Assembly: GCA_963619535.1 (NCBI GenBank)
Contig: CAVEWV010000003.1
Span: 2,263-66,262 of the forward strand
Length of the DNA: 64,000 bases
Direction of reading: 5' to 3'
Source of the DNA: Acutalibacteraceae bacterium
Lineage (GTDB): Bacteria > Actinomycetota > Coriobacteriia > Coriobacteriales > UMGS124
Shown here: piece after piece, positions 42,573 through 53,966 of the stretch
Numbering within the stretch: the first letter of the stretch is position 1
Layout: the number at the start of each line of letters is the position of its first letter
The notes under the pieces: generated by a model
Seen by the model: only the letters and a program-made list of their open reading frames with translations
Database searches by the model: none
What the model was told of the DNA's origin: nothing
Position numbers and translations under genes: made by a program

Positions 42573-44654
42573 ATGGACACGTGGCTCGTCTTGGTCGTCG
42601 TCGTTGCCGTGTTGCTCGTCGTCGCCCTTGTGGCCGGCATCCTCGCCGTCGCCCGTATGCGCAGGGAGGGGCCGACCCTCTCAGGCGGCCTGCGCTTCCA
42701 TTTCTCGTCGGGCCGCACGCCCATCAGGCCCGCCGAGCCCCTCGACGCCTCCGGCCAGGTCAACATGCGCCGGCGCACCGCCATCCTCTCGGGCCTGGCC
42801 GGCACCGCCTTCGGGGCGCTGCTGCTGCGCCTCTGGGGAATGCAGGTCATCGCGGGGAAGACCTACTCCGAGCAGGCCTCATCCAACAGCACCTCGACGG
42901 TGTCGCTTCGTGCGACGCGCGGCAGGATCCTCGACCGCAACGGCAACGTCCTCGTGGACAACCGCGCCTGCATGGCGCTGGTGGCCGAGAAGGACGTGGC
43001 CGACGACACACGAGTGGTGCGCAGGCTCGCGAACCTGCTCGGCATGCCCGACATGGCCGTGCGCCGCAACATCCAGAGCGCCACCGACGGCGCCCAGTCC
43101 CTGCGCACCGTCATGATCGACGTGCCCGAAAGCGCCGTGAGCTACGTGGTCGAGCATCCCGGGCAGTTCCCCGGCGTGTCCGTCGAGTCGCGCACGGTCA
43201 GGACCTACCCGTACGGCACGCTCGCCTGTCATCTCCTGGGCTACACGGGCACCATCTCCAGCGAGGAGCTCGAGGCGTTCAACGCCGACGAGGACCGCCA
43301 GCTCACCTACCAGTCCGGCGACATCGTGGGCAAGTCGGGCGTGGAGTACCAGTACGAGTCGGTGCTGCAGGGCGTGCGCGGCACGCGCGGCGTGTACGTC
43401 AACGTCTCGGGCGACGTGCTCGGCGTGGCCTACGAGGTGGACCCCGAGCCGGGCAGCGACATCAGGCTCACCATCGACGCCAACGTGCAGACGGCGGCCG
43501 AGCAGGCTCTCAAGCTCGGCATCGAGGCCGGCGAGTACCTGCACTACAGGCCTACGGGCGCGTCGTGCGTCTGCATGAACTGCAAGACCGGCGAGGTCCT
43601 GGCCCTGGCAAGCTACCCGAGCTACGACCCGTCGGCGTTCATCGGCGGCATCTCCACCGACGCCTGGGCCCAGCTGATCGCCGAGGGCGCCAACACGCCC
43701 CTGCTCAACCGCGCCATCAACGGCCAATATCCCAGCGCCTCCACCATCAAGCCGTTCACCACCTGCGCGGCGCTCGAGTACGGCATGACCAACACCGAGA
43801 ACTACGTGGAGTGCACCGGGTACTGGACGGGCCTGGGCGAGCAGTACGGCATGCACTGCTGGAACCACAGCGGCCACGGCTGGATGAACCTGTACGAGGG
43901 GATCACCAACTCCTGCGACACGGTGTTCTACGAGATAGCGAAGTCCTTCTACTACTCCGACTATCCCGAGGGGATCCAGGAGATGTTCCGCCGCTGGGGA
44001 ATCGGCTCGGCCACCGGGATCGACCTTCCGGCCGAGTCCGACGGGCGCGTGCCCGACGCCGAGTGGAAGTGGAACCACTACACCTGGGTCGAGGACTCCG
44101 CGCGCGCCTGGCAGGGCGGCGACACGGCCAACATCGCGATCGGGCAGGGCGACATCCTCGTGACCCCGCTGCAGATGTGCTATGCCTACTGCGGGCTTGT
44201 CAACGGCGGCGTGGAGATGTGGCCCCATGTGCTGCTCGACGTCTTGTCCAACCAGAACCAGGAGACGGTCATTTCCGCCAGCCAGAGGGTGTCCCAGCAG
44301 GTGAGCGTGTCGTCCGACATCCTCGCGTTCGTGAACTCGGCCCTGTACGGGGTCGTCAACGAGACGTACATCTCGGACTATTTCGCCGGGATGCCCGTGT
44401 CGGTCATAGGCAAGTCGGGCACGGGCGAGGCCGGCGACGACGAGGACAACCCCCACGCGTGGTTCTGCGCCGCCGCCCCCGCCGAGGACCCCACCTATGT
44501 CGTCGCCGCCATCGTCGAGCACGGCGGCGGCGGAGGCTATGTCGCCACGAACGTCTGCCGCGGCGTGCTCGGGGCCATCTACGGGGTGGAGATGACCGAC
44601 CCGGTGTCCATCCTTTCAAGCCGAGAGGTCTCCACTGAGCAGGTGATGGACTGA
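42573..44654 (+). CDS. mrdA: penicillin-binding protein 2 (elongasome transpeptidase)
   Basis: 693 aa with AAAGGAGG RBS. N-terminal TM, RGRILDRNGNVL, transpeptidase motifs STIKP, SCD (SxN-type) and KSGTGE (KTG-type). Confidence 0.9.
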   Translation: MDTWLVLVVVVAVLLVVALVAGILAVARMRREGPTLSGGLRFHFSSGRTPIRPAEPLDASGQVNMRRRTAILSGLAGTAFGALLLRLWGMQVIAGKTYSEQASSNSTSTVSLRATRGRILDRNGNVLVDNRACMALVAEKDVADDTRVVRRLANLLGMPDMAVRRNIQSATDGAQSLRTVMIDVPESAVSYVVEHPGQFPGVSVESRTVRTYPYGTLACHLLGYTGTISSEELEAFNADEDRQLTYQSGDIVGKSGVEYQYESVLQGVRGTRGVYVNVSGDVLGVAYEVDPEPGSDIRLTIDANVQTAAEQALKLGIEAGEYLHYRPTGASCVCMNCKTGEVLALASYPSYDPSAFIGGISTDAWAQLIAEGANTPLLNRAINGQYPSASTIKPFTTCAALEYGMTNTENYVECTGYWTGLGEQYGMHCWNHSGHGWMNLYEGITNSCDTVFYEIAKSFYYSDYPEGIQEMFRRWGIGSATGIDLPAESDGRVPDAEWKWNHYTWVEDSARAWQGGDTANIAIGQGDILVTPLQMCYAYCGLVNGGVEMWPHVLLDVLSNQNQETVISASQRVSQQVSVSSDILAFVNSALYGVVNETYISDYFAGMPVSVIGKSGTGEAGDDEDNPHAWFCAAAPAEDPTYVVAAIVEHGGGGGYVATNVCRGVLGAIYGVEMTDPVSILSSREVSTEQVMD

Positions 44655-45865
44655 TGCGCCCCTTTACCAGGAAGCGCGGCCTCTTGGGCCCCTCGTTTGC
44701 CCCGGCGTCTTCCCCGCAGGGCTTCTTCGCCGCCATGGACAAGCCGGTCGCCCTTGCCACCGTCGCGCTCGTCGCGTACGGCCTTGTGGTGGTGTACTCG
44801 GCGTCGCTCAGCATTTCGGCCGCATCCCCGGCCCGTCAGGCCCTGGGCGTGGGCATCGGCGCGCTGGCCGCCCTTGTCGTGTACCGGCTCGACATGCGAC
44901 GCCTGGCCGACTGCTCGCTGGCCCTGTTCGTCATCGACTGCCTGCTCATGCTCGCCCCGCTCGTGCCGTTTCTGTCCTACAACGCCAACGGCCTGACCGG
45001 CTGGGTCAAGGTGCCCCTCGTGGGCCTGACGTTCCAGACCTCCGAGCTGGCCAAACCCATCACGGTCATGCTCATGGCCTCGCTGGGCGCGCGCTACAAC
45101 GGCAGGGTCACGAGCCTTGGCGACTACATAAAGCTCTGCGCCATCCTGGCCGTTCCGTTCCTGCTCATCCTGCTGCAGCCGGACCTGGGCACGGGCCTTG
45201 TGGTGCTCGTGTCCGGCGCGGTCGTGATCGTCATGTCCGGGCCGAGGCGCTCGTGGATCGTCGCGACGATCGCGCTGCTCGTGGGCCTGGTCGCGCTCGT
45301 CCTGCTCACCGACGGCCTCATCGACTCGGTCTTGGGCGACGACCGCTCGCTCATCAAGGACTATCAGATGAACCGCCTGCTTGTTTTTCTCGACCCGGAC
45401 TCCGACACCACCAACGCCGGGTACAATCTTCGCCAGGCCATGATCGCGGTCGGCTCGGGAGGGCTTTTCGGCAAGGGTCTGGGCAACGCCACCCAGGCAG
45501 GCTCGGGCTTTCTGCCCGAGGCCCACACCGACTTCGCCTTCGCCCTTTTGAGCGAGCAGTTCGGGTTCGTGGGGGCGGCCGTGCTCATCGGGCTGTACGC
45601 CGTGCTCGTGTTCGGCGCCATCCGCCTGGCCCACCGCTGCGAGGCGCTCTTCGCCAAGCTCACGCTTCTGGGCATCGCCGCCATGTGGACGTTTCAGATC
45701 TTTGAGAACATCGGCATGTGCCTGTCGCTCATGCCCATCACGGGCATCCCGCTGCCCTTCATCAGCTTCGGTTCCTCGTCGATGATCGTGCAGCTGATCA
45801 CGGTGGGAATCGTGCTTTCCGCTGCCGGCCACGACGCCAAGGCGGACAGGCGTGCGTACCGTTAG
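44654..45865 (+). CDS. rodA: SEDS peptidoglycan glycosyltransferase RodA
   Basis: 403 aa, TGATG overlap with mrdA. FQTSELAKP, QPDLGTG, GLGNATQ...LPEAHTDFAF, LPFISFGSSS motifs. Confidence 0.9.
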   Translation: MRPFTRKRGLLGPSFAPASSPQGFFAAMDKPVALATVALVAYGLVVVYSASLSISAASPARQALGVGIGALAALVVYRLDMRRLADCSLALFVIDCLLMLAPLVPFLSYNANGLTGWVKVPLVGLTFQTSELAKPITVMLMASLGARYNGRVTSLGDYIKLCAILAVPFLLILLQPDLGTGLVVLVSGAVVIVMSGPRRSWIVATIALLVGLVALVLLTDGLIDSVLGDDRSLIKDYQMNRLLVFLDPDSDTTNAGYNLRQAMIAVGSGGLFGKGLGNATQAGSGFLPEAHTDFAFALLSEQFGFVGAAVLIGLYAVLVFGAIRLAHRCEALFAKLTLLGIAAMWTFQIFENIGMCLSLMPITGIPLPFISFGSSSMIVQLITVGIVLSAAGHDAKADRRAYR

Positions 45866-45890
45866 ACCCTAAGGATGGAGTGAGCTGCCA

Positions 45891-46757
45891 GTGAACCTTG
45901 CCGTACAAGCCGCAACGGGTGCCTTCAAGGCCCGCAGCGAGGCCAAGTCGTCTGTGTCGCAGACGGTGCGCCTGAGCGTCGCGGTCGCATGCGACTGCGA
46001 CAAGGGCCTGGCCCGGGCCGTCCGCGCGGCCCTGCGCCCCAAGACCGCCGCCGTCAGGCTCTACGTCGCTGGCATCTGCGGGGAGGGACCCCTGCCCGCG
46101 GTCCACGCCATGACCGACGCCGCCGTGCTCATGGCGGGTGCGGACACGAGCGCCATAGCGGACCTGTATCGCGCCTACCGGGCGCGCCGCATCCCGTGCC
46201 TGGTGGTGCTCGGCCTCGAGGGCGCCTCGGAGCGCGCCGCGCAGCTTATGGCGCGCGAGGTGCAGACGGCCGACATGGTGGCATGCGACGCCGACAGCGC
46301 CGGGGCCGTCCTGGGCGCGTGGCTGCTGGAGGCCCTGCCGGACCTCGAGATGTCCCTGGGCGCCTCGCTTGCGTGCTGCCAAGACGCCCAGGCCCGGCGC
46401 ATCGTGGGGCAGGCCGTGCGCAACAACGCCCTCGTGGGGGCGCTGACGTTTCTCAAGGGGGCCGACACGCCCGCGATGCTTGCCTGCGAGGTCGCCATGC
46501 TGTTCAAGCTCGCCGGCGTCTACGGCGTCGGCCTGGGGCGCGAGCGCGCGGCCGAGGTGGCCGCGCTCGTGGCCTACTCGATTGCATGCAAGCAGGTCGC
46601 GGGCCTCGTGCTGCGCGCGCCCCTGCCCGCCTGCGTGGTGAAGTCGGGCGTCGCCGCGCTCGCCACCTGGCTGTGCGGCGAGCTTGCCCGCCAGCGGCTC
46701 AGCGGCCTTGCCCAATCCCGCGCCGAGGACCTACCGACACAAGGAGACCACCAATGA
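45891..46757 (+). CDS. hypothetical protein: P-loop-less GTPase-like alpha/beta N-domain + DUF697-like C-terminal domain (tentative)
   Basis: 288 aa, GTG start after AAGGATGGAG. The stop overlaps the next gene (ATGA). Alternating beta/alpha pattern (RLSVAVACD, VRLYVAG, AAVLMAG, IPCLVVLG) with no GxxxxGK[ST]. The C-terminal half (NNALVGALTFLKGADTPAMLACEVAMLFKLAGVYG) resembles DUF697 as I recall it. Confidence 0.5.
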   Translation: MNLAVQAATGAFKARSEAKSSVSQTVRLSVAVACDCDKGLARAVRAALRPKTAAVRLYVAGICGEGPLPAVHAMTDAAVLMAGADTSAIADLYRAYRARRIPCLVVLGLEGASERAAQLMAREVQTADMVACDADSAGAVLGAWLLEALPDLEMSLGASLACCQDAQARRIVGQAVRNNALVGALTFLKGADTPAMLACEVAMLFKLAGVYGVGLGRERAAEVAALVAYSIACKQVAGLVLRAPLPACVVKSGVAALATWLCGELARQRLSGLAQSRAEDLPTQGDHQ

Positions 46758-48628
46758 TCGCCATGCGTGAACGCATCGACCTGTGGGAGCGCGTCGAGCC
46801 CCTGCTCGACCTCGTGGAGAAGCCCGCGCGCTACATCGACCACGAGTTCGGGGCCGTGCGCGACCCCGAGTCGCCCTTCCGTTGCGTGCTCATCTACCCG
46901 GACACCTACGAGGTGGGCCTGCCCAACCAGGGCCTGGCCATCCTGTACAAGATTCTCAACGCCCAGCCGGGCATCGCCTGCGAGCGCTCCTACACGCCCT
47001 GGATCGACATGGCCGACCTCATGCGCGCCCGCAGCCTGCCGCTGTTCTCCATGGAGTCGTGCTTCCCCGTGGCGTCGTTCGACATGGTGGGCATCCAGCT
47101 GCCCCACGAGCTGGCCGCCACCAACATCGTGGAGACGCTCGATTTGGCCGGCATCCCGCTGCTCGCCGCCGACCGCTGCCAGGAGGACCCCATCGTCTGC
47201 GGCGGAGGCCCCTCGGTCTACAACCCCGAGGCCGTCTGCGAGCTGTACGACTGCATCATGATCGGCGACGGCGAGGAGGTCATCGTCGAGGTCGCCCAGT
47301 GCATCCGCGACTGCCGTGCCGCCGGGGCGCCCCGCGCCGACATCCTCGCCGCCCTCGCGCGCATTCCCGGCGTCTACGTGCCCCTGCTGTACGGCACCTC
47401 CTGCGACGCGCAGGGCCGAACGCACGCCGAGCCCGCGCCCGGCGCCGAGGCGCCCACCCAGGTGGTCAAGCGGGTCGTCGCCGACTTCAAGAGCTTCGAC
47501 CCCATCAACACGACCCTCGTGCCCTACCCCCAGGTGGTGCAGGACAGGCTCGCCGTCGAGGTGCTCAGGGGATGCGCGCGCGGGTGCCGCTTCTGCCAGG
47601 CGGGCATGACGTACCGCCCGGTGCGCGAGCGCCCCGCCGACCAGATCGTCGCGGCCGTGCTGCGGGGCCTGGCGTGCACGGGCTACGACGAGGTGTCGCT
47701 CACGTCGCTGTCCACCACCGACCACTCCAACCTCGAGAGCGTCCTGCGCCGCCTGAACTCCAGCCTCTCGGGCAAGGGCATCTCCGTCTCGCTTCCCTCC
47801 GAGCGCCTCGACTCCTTCGGCATCGAGATGGCCCAGCTCGTGGCAGGGGAGAAGAAGGGCGGCCTTACCTTCGCCCCGGAGGCCGGCACCCAGCGCATGC
47901 GCGACGTCATCAACAAGGGCATCACCGAGGACGACCTCATGAACGCCGTGCGCGCGTCGTTCTCGCAGGGGTGGCTGCGCATGAAGCTTTATTTCATGAT
48001 GGGCCTGCCCACCGAGACCGACGAGGACGTCCTGGGCATCGCCGAGCTGTGCCGCAAGGCCCTTGAGCTGGCCAAGTCGTGCGTCCCGCCGCAGAAGCGC
48101 TGCGCGGTGCGCATCGGCACCTCGGTGGCGGTCTTCATCCCCAAGGCCCAGACGGCGTTCCAGTGGTGCGCCCAGACGACCCCCGACGAGGTCCGACGCC
48201 GCCAGCAGCTCCTGGCCAGCGCCATGCCCCGCGGGGTGGACCTGCGCTATCACGACTACGCGTCCTCCTTCCTGGAGGCGGTCCTGTCGCGCAGCGGCAG
48301 GGAGGCGCTGCCGCTCGTGCTCGAGGCCCACAGGCTGGGCGCGCGCTTCGACGCCTGGTCCGACCAGTTCAAGCTCTCCATCTGGCAGCAGGCGGCCGAC
48401 AACATCGGCTTCGACATGCAGCGCGCGGCCTGCGAGCCCTTCGACATGGACGGCCCGCTTCCCTGGGACCACATCAGCGCGGGCGTGTCGCAGCGCTACC
48501 TGCGCAGGGAGTGGTCGCGCGCGCTGGAGGGCGTGCTCACCCCCGACTGCACCATGACCAAGTGCTCGGGCTGCGGCGTCTGCCCGTCGCTGCACGTGGA
48601 CAACGACCTTGAGAGGAGCCGCTCATGA
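46754..48628 (+). CDS. radical SAM enzyme of unknown function (TIGR03960-like)
   Basis: ATG at 46754 after AAGGAGA (the track ORF extends far upstream in the same frame). CX3CX2C cluster motif in EVLRGCARGCRFCQAG. The N-terminal ARYIDHEF...LIYPDTYEVGLPNQGL region is typical of this family. Confidence 0.85.
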   Translation: MIAMRERIDLWERVEPLLDLVEKPARYIDHEFGAVRDPESPFRCVLIYPDTYEVGLPNQGLAILYKILNAQPGIACERSYTPWIDMADLMRARSLPLFSMESCFPVASFDMVGIQLPHELAATNIVETLDLAGIPLLAADRCQEDPIVCGGGPSVYNPEAVCELYDCIMIGDGEEVIVEVAQCIRDCRAAGAPRADILAALARIPGVYVPLLYGTSCDAQGRTHAEPAPGAEAPTQVVKRVVADFKSFDPINTTLVPYPQVVQDRLAVEVLRGCARGCRFCQAGMTYRPVRERPADQIVAAVLRGLACTGYDEVSLTSLSTTDHSNLESVLRRLNSSLSGKGISVSLPSERLDSFGIEMAQLVAGEKKGGLTFAPEAGTQRMRDVINKGITEDDLMNAVRASFSQGWLRMKLYFMMGLPTETDEDVLGIAELCRKALELAKSCVPPQKRCAVRIGTSVAVFIPKAQTAFQWCAQTTPDEVRRRQQLLASAMPRGVDLRYHDYASSFLEAVLSRSGREALPLVLEAHRLGARFDAWSDQFKLSIWQQAADNIGFDMQRAACEPFDMDGPLPWDHISAGVSQRYLRREWSRALEGVLTPDCTMTKCSGCGVCPSLHVDNDLERSRS

Positions 48629-49422
48629 GCGAGGAGCAGCTGTTCTGCATCCGCTTCCGCTACGTCGAGTCGGGGCGCCTGAAATATCTCTCCCACCTGG
48701 AGCTTCTGCGCGCCATGGAGCGCACCATCCGGCGCAGCGGCATCCCGTACGCGGTGACCCAGGGCTTCTCGCCGCGCATCAAGGCCGCCTACTGCCCGGC
48801 GCTTCCGGTCTCGGTGGCCTCGCAGGACGAGTGGTTCGACCTGTGGGTCCGCGAGATGCGGCCCGCCCAGGAGTACCTCGAGATGCTGCGCCAGGCCGCC
48901 CCGCCCGACCTCATGCCCCAGGAGGCGGCATACGTCGAGCTGCACGGCCCGTCGCTGGGCGCGAACCTCACCATCGCCTGCTGGAGCGCGCAGATCTGCG
49001 CCTGGCCCAAGGCCTGGCTCGATCCCGCCGACGACACGGACATGAGCTTCGAGCCCGACGACGTCCGGGCGGCGGCGCGTGCGGTGCGCGCCCTGGACCA
49101 CATCGAGTACCTGCGCAACGGCAAGCCCAAGAAGGTCGAGCTGGCCGAGAAGCTCGTGGGCGACATCGAGGTGCAGGACCAGGGCGAGGGCCGCGTCGGC
49201 CTGACCTTCACGACGCGTTCATCCAACGAGGGCGCCCTGCGTCCCGACGTCCTGTTGGCCGAACTCACACGACAACTCGCCGAAGCGCGCGCCGTTCGCA
49301 GGGGCTCTGGGCCGACTTGCGCCGAAGCCGTCGTATCATTCCAACGTAACTTGCACATCTCCGTGGTGCGCACCGCGCAATACCTTGAAGGGAAGGACGG
49401 CACATGGAGTCGCCCGATCTGA
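48625..49422 (+). CDS. radical-SAM-linked protein, DUF2344 (TIGR03936-like)
   Basis: 265 aa, ATGA overlap with the radical SAM gene. RFRYVESGRLKYLSHLELLRAMERTIRRSGIPYAVTQGFSPRIK is the family signature as I recall it. Confidence 0.8.
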   Translation: MSEEQLFCIRFRYVESGRLKYLSHLELLRAMERTIRRSGIPYAVTQGFSPRIKAAYCPALPVSVASQDEWFDLWVREMRPAQEYLEMLRQAAPPDLMPQEAAYVELHGPSLGANLTIACWSAQICAWPKAWLDPADDTDMSFEPDDVRAAARAVRALDHIEYLRNGKPKKVELAEKLVGDIEVQDQGEGRVGLTFTTRSSNEGALRPDVLLAELTRQLAEARAVRRGSGPTCAEAVVSFQRNLHISVVRTAQYLEGKDGTWSRPI

Positions 49423-50384
49423 CGCTTTCGCCCGGCGATATTCTGAGAACGCGCGTCGACCACATCGACGCCTCGCTCGACGCCTGTTTCCTCGACGCCG
49501 GCCCCTACGGCATGCTCTTCGTGCCCCTGGCGGGCATCGCCGCCACCACCGTGGCCGACCTCGTCCCCGGCGTGAGCGTGTGCGCCCAGGTGGTGGCCCC
49601 CAAGCGCGCCACCAAGCTGCCGCGGGCCTCGGTGAGCATCGAGTTCTCCGGGCGCACGAGCGTGCTCGTGCTCGACGGCTGCGCCATCATGGCCGGCGAC
49701 TCCCGTGAGGCCCGCCCCGAGGTCTTCGTCTCCAAGAAGCTGGCGGGCGTGCGCCGCGCCGAGCTCGCCGAGAAGCTGCAGGCCGCCGTGGAGGACCCCT
49801 CGTGCGGGATTCCTGCCATGCTGGGCGCCGTGTGCGGGCCCGTCACCATCATCCTGCGCAGCTCCGCCGACGAGGCCCCCTGGGAGGGCGTGCTGTCCAG
49901 CGTCGTGGTGCAGGTCACCGAGGCGGCCGCGTTCACCGTGCTCGCGCGCACCTCGTCGGCCCCGGCGCTTCTCATGGCCGAGAAGCCCGACGCCGACGGC
50001 GACTCCACCATCGGTTCCACCATGCAGCCCGCCTACAACAACACCCAGGACGCCCTCGACGGCCGCCGCATCGACCTTGCCTGCGGGGCGCAGGTGGTGT
50101 TCGAGCGCACGGAGGCCATGTGGGCCGTCGCGGTGCGCGCCGCCCAGCCCGGGCTCGAGGCGGGCCTGGCCAACGCCGAGGCGGCGCAGGCCGTGGTGGA
50201 GGCGGTGCTGGAATACGACGTGCGCGGGATCGTGGCCATCCGCATGCTCGGCCCCATGCCGCTCGACGCGTTCAACGACCTGGTCGACGACATGTCCGAC
50301 GGCCTGGCGGAGGACAAAACGCGCATTTCTGGTGATGCCGGGTTGTCGGTCGTTCTCATCGAGCGCCGGGGGCGTAACATCTAA
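49404..50384 (+). CDS. truncated, probably catalytically inactive RNase E/G (Rne/Rng) family homologue
   Basis: 326 aa, overlaps the previous gene by 19 nt. S1-like start GDILRTRVDHIDASLDACFLDAGPYGMLFVP. VTIILRSSAD (cf. GLIVRTAG). ERTEAMWAVAVRAA (cf. DSTEALTAIDINSA). GIVAIRMLGP (cf. GLIVIDFIDM). It ends before the Zn-link. Confidence 0.65.
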   Translation: MESPDLTLSPGDILRTRVDHIDASLDACFLDAGPYGMLFVPLAGIAATTVADLVPGVSVCAQVVAPKRATKLPRASVSIEFSGRTSVLVLDGCAIMAGDSREARPEVFVSKKLAGVRRAELAEKLQAAVEDPSCGIPAMLGAVCGPVTIILRSSADEAPWEGVLSSVVVQVTEAAAFTVLARTSSAPALLMAEKPDADGDSTIGSTMQPAYNNTQDALDGRRIDLACGAQVVFERTEAMWAVAVRAAQPGLEAGLANAEAAQAVVEAVLEYDVRGIVAIRMLGPMPLDAFNDLVDDMSDGLAEDKTRISGDAGLSVVLIERRGRNI

Positions 50385-50475
50385 GAGTTGCCTGTCTTCC
50401 CTTCTTAGCGTGGGAAGCCGTCCAGAGGCACGAGGTTTGATAGTTTTGCGGACTTCTCGGTACCCGTGAATTCCA

Positions 50476-50505
50476 TTGACGGGCCGGTTTCTGCGGTGTT
50501 AGTAT
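50476..50505 (+). promoter_or_regulatory. sigma-70/SigA-type promoter for rplU-rpmA
   Basis: TTGACG (50476-50481), 18-nt spacer, TAGTAT (50500-50505), 38 nt upstream of the rplU ATG. Confidence 0.5.
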
Positions 50506-50543
50506 TCGAACTTGCATTTGTCGCGAGCTGGAAGGTACTTCAC

Positions 50544-50852
50544 ATGTACGCAATTGTTAAGACTGGTGGTAAGCAGTACAAGGTCGCCGAGGGCGACATC
50601 ATCGACATCGAGAAGCTCGAGGTCGAGGAGGGCGCTACGGTCACGTTTGACGAGGTTCTCTTCGCCAACGATGGCACGCAGGCCATCACCGATCCCGAGG
50701 CCCTTGCCAAGGTTTGCGTTGAGGGCGAAGTCCTCAGCCAGTACCGCGACAAGAAGGTCATCGTCTTCAAGTTCCGTCGTCGTAAGCGCTACGAGCGCAA
50801 GCGCGGCCATCGCCAGTACCTCACCAAGGTGCGCATCACCAAGGTCGCTTAG
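50544..50852 (+). CDS. rplU: 50S ribosomal protein L21
   Basis: Internal ATG at 50544. MYAIVKTGGKQYKVAEGD...KVIVFKFRRRKRYERKRGHRQ. Confidence 0.95.
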   Translation: MYAIVKTGGKQYKVAEGDIIDIEKLEVEEGATVTFDEVLFANDGTQAITDPEALAKVCVEGEVLSQYRDKKVIVFKFRRRKRYERKRGHRQYLTKVRITKVA

Positions 50853-50885
50853 TTAGTCCGATTGATAGTTATTTAGGAGTCTGTC

Positions 50886-51149
50886 ATGGCACATAAGAAG
50901 GGTACGGGTACTTCCCGTAACGGCCGCGATTCGATCGGCAAGCGTCTTGGCTGCAAGCGTTTCGACGGCATGGTCGTCACCGCCGGCACCATCCTGGTTC
51001 GTCAGCACGGCACCAAGTTCCACCCCGGCCAGAACGTCGGCCGCGGCAAGGACGACACGCTGTTCGCTCTTATCGACGGCACGGTGAAGTACACCACCAG
51101 CGACAAGCGTCGCGTGCACATCCTTCCGCTCGAGACGGTTGCCGAGTAG
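50886..51149 (+). CDS. rpmA: 50S ribosomal protein L27 (no N-terminal propeptide)
   Basis: 87 aa. [22 protein letters not shown]...[13 protein letters not shown]. Confidence 0.95.
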   Translation: MAHKKGTGTSRNGRDSIGKRLGCKRFDGMVVTAGTILVRQHGTKFHPGQNVGRGKDDTLFALIDGTVKYTTSDKRRVHILPLETVAE

Positions 51150-51182
51150 GTTTCGTCGGCTTTCGCCACAGGATAGCATCTA

Positions 51183-51220
51183 CGGACCCTGCAGCTTCAC
51201 GGTTGCGGGGTCCGCTTTTA
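51183..51220 (+). terminator. terminator/attenuator hairpin between rpmA and obg
   Basis: 11-bp stem CGGACCCTGCA / TTGCGGGGTCCG (one G-U pair) followed by CTTTTATAT. The obg RBS AGGAGA follows immediately. Confidence 0.55.
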
Positions 51221-51225
51221 TATAG

Positions 51226-53947
<2,722 letters not shown>

Positions 53948-53966
53948 CGAGTAGAAAGGGCCCCTC

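Noticed and set aside
45989-48628. N-terminally extended ORFs in the track. Examples: 45989-48628 (879 aa), 12351-14420 (689 aa), 10753-12081, 6399-7619, 16744-18675, 55010-55909, 35132-36292.
   Set aside because: The upstream portions overlap the preceding genes or a tRNA and translate to Arg/Pro/Ala-rich junk. In each case an internal ATG/GTG with a GGAGG-type RBS coincides with the conserved family N-terminus, and those starts were used instead.
50385-50543. An L21-leader type ribosomal autoregulatory RNA, and a ysxB/prp gene between rplU and rpmA.
   Set aside because: The candidate promoter leaves only a 38-nt 5' UTR. The rplU-rpmA gap is 33 nt, and L27 lacks the N-terminal propeptide that Prp would cleave.
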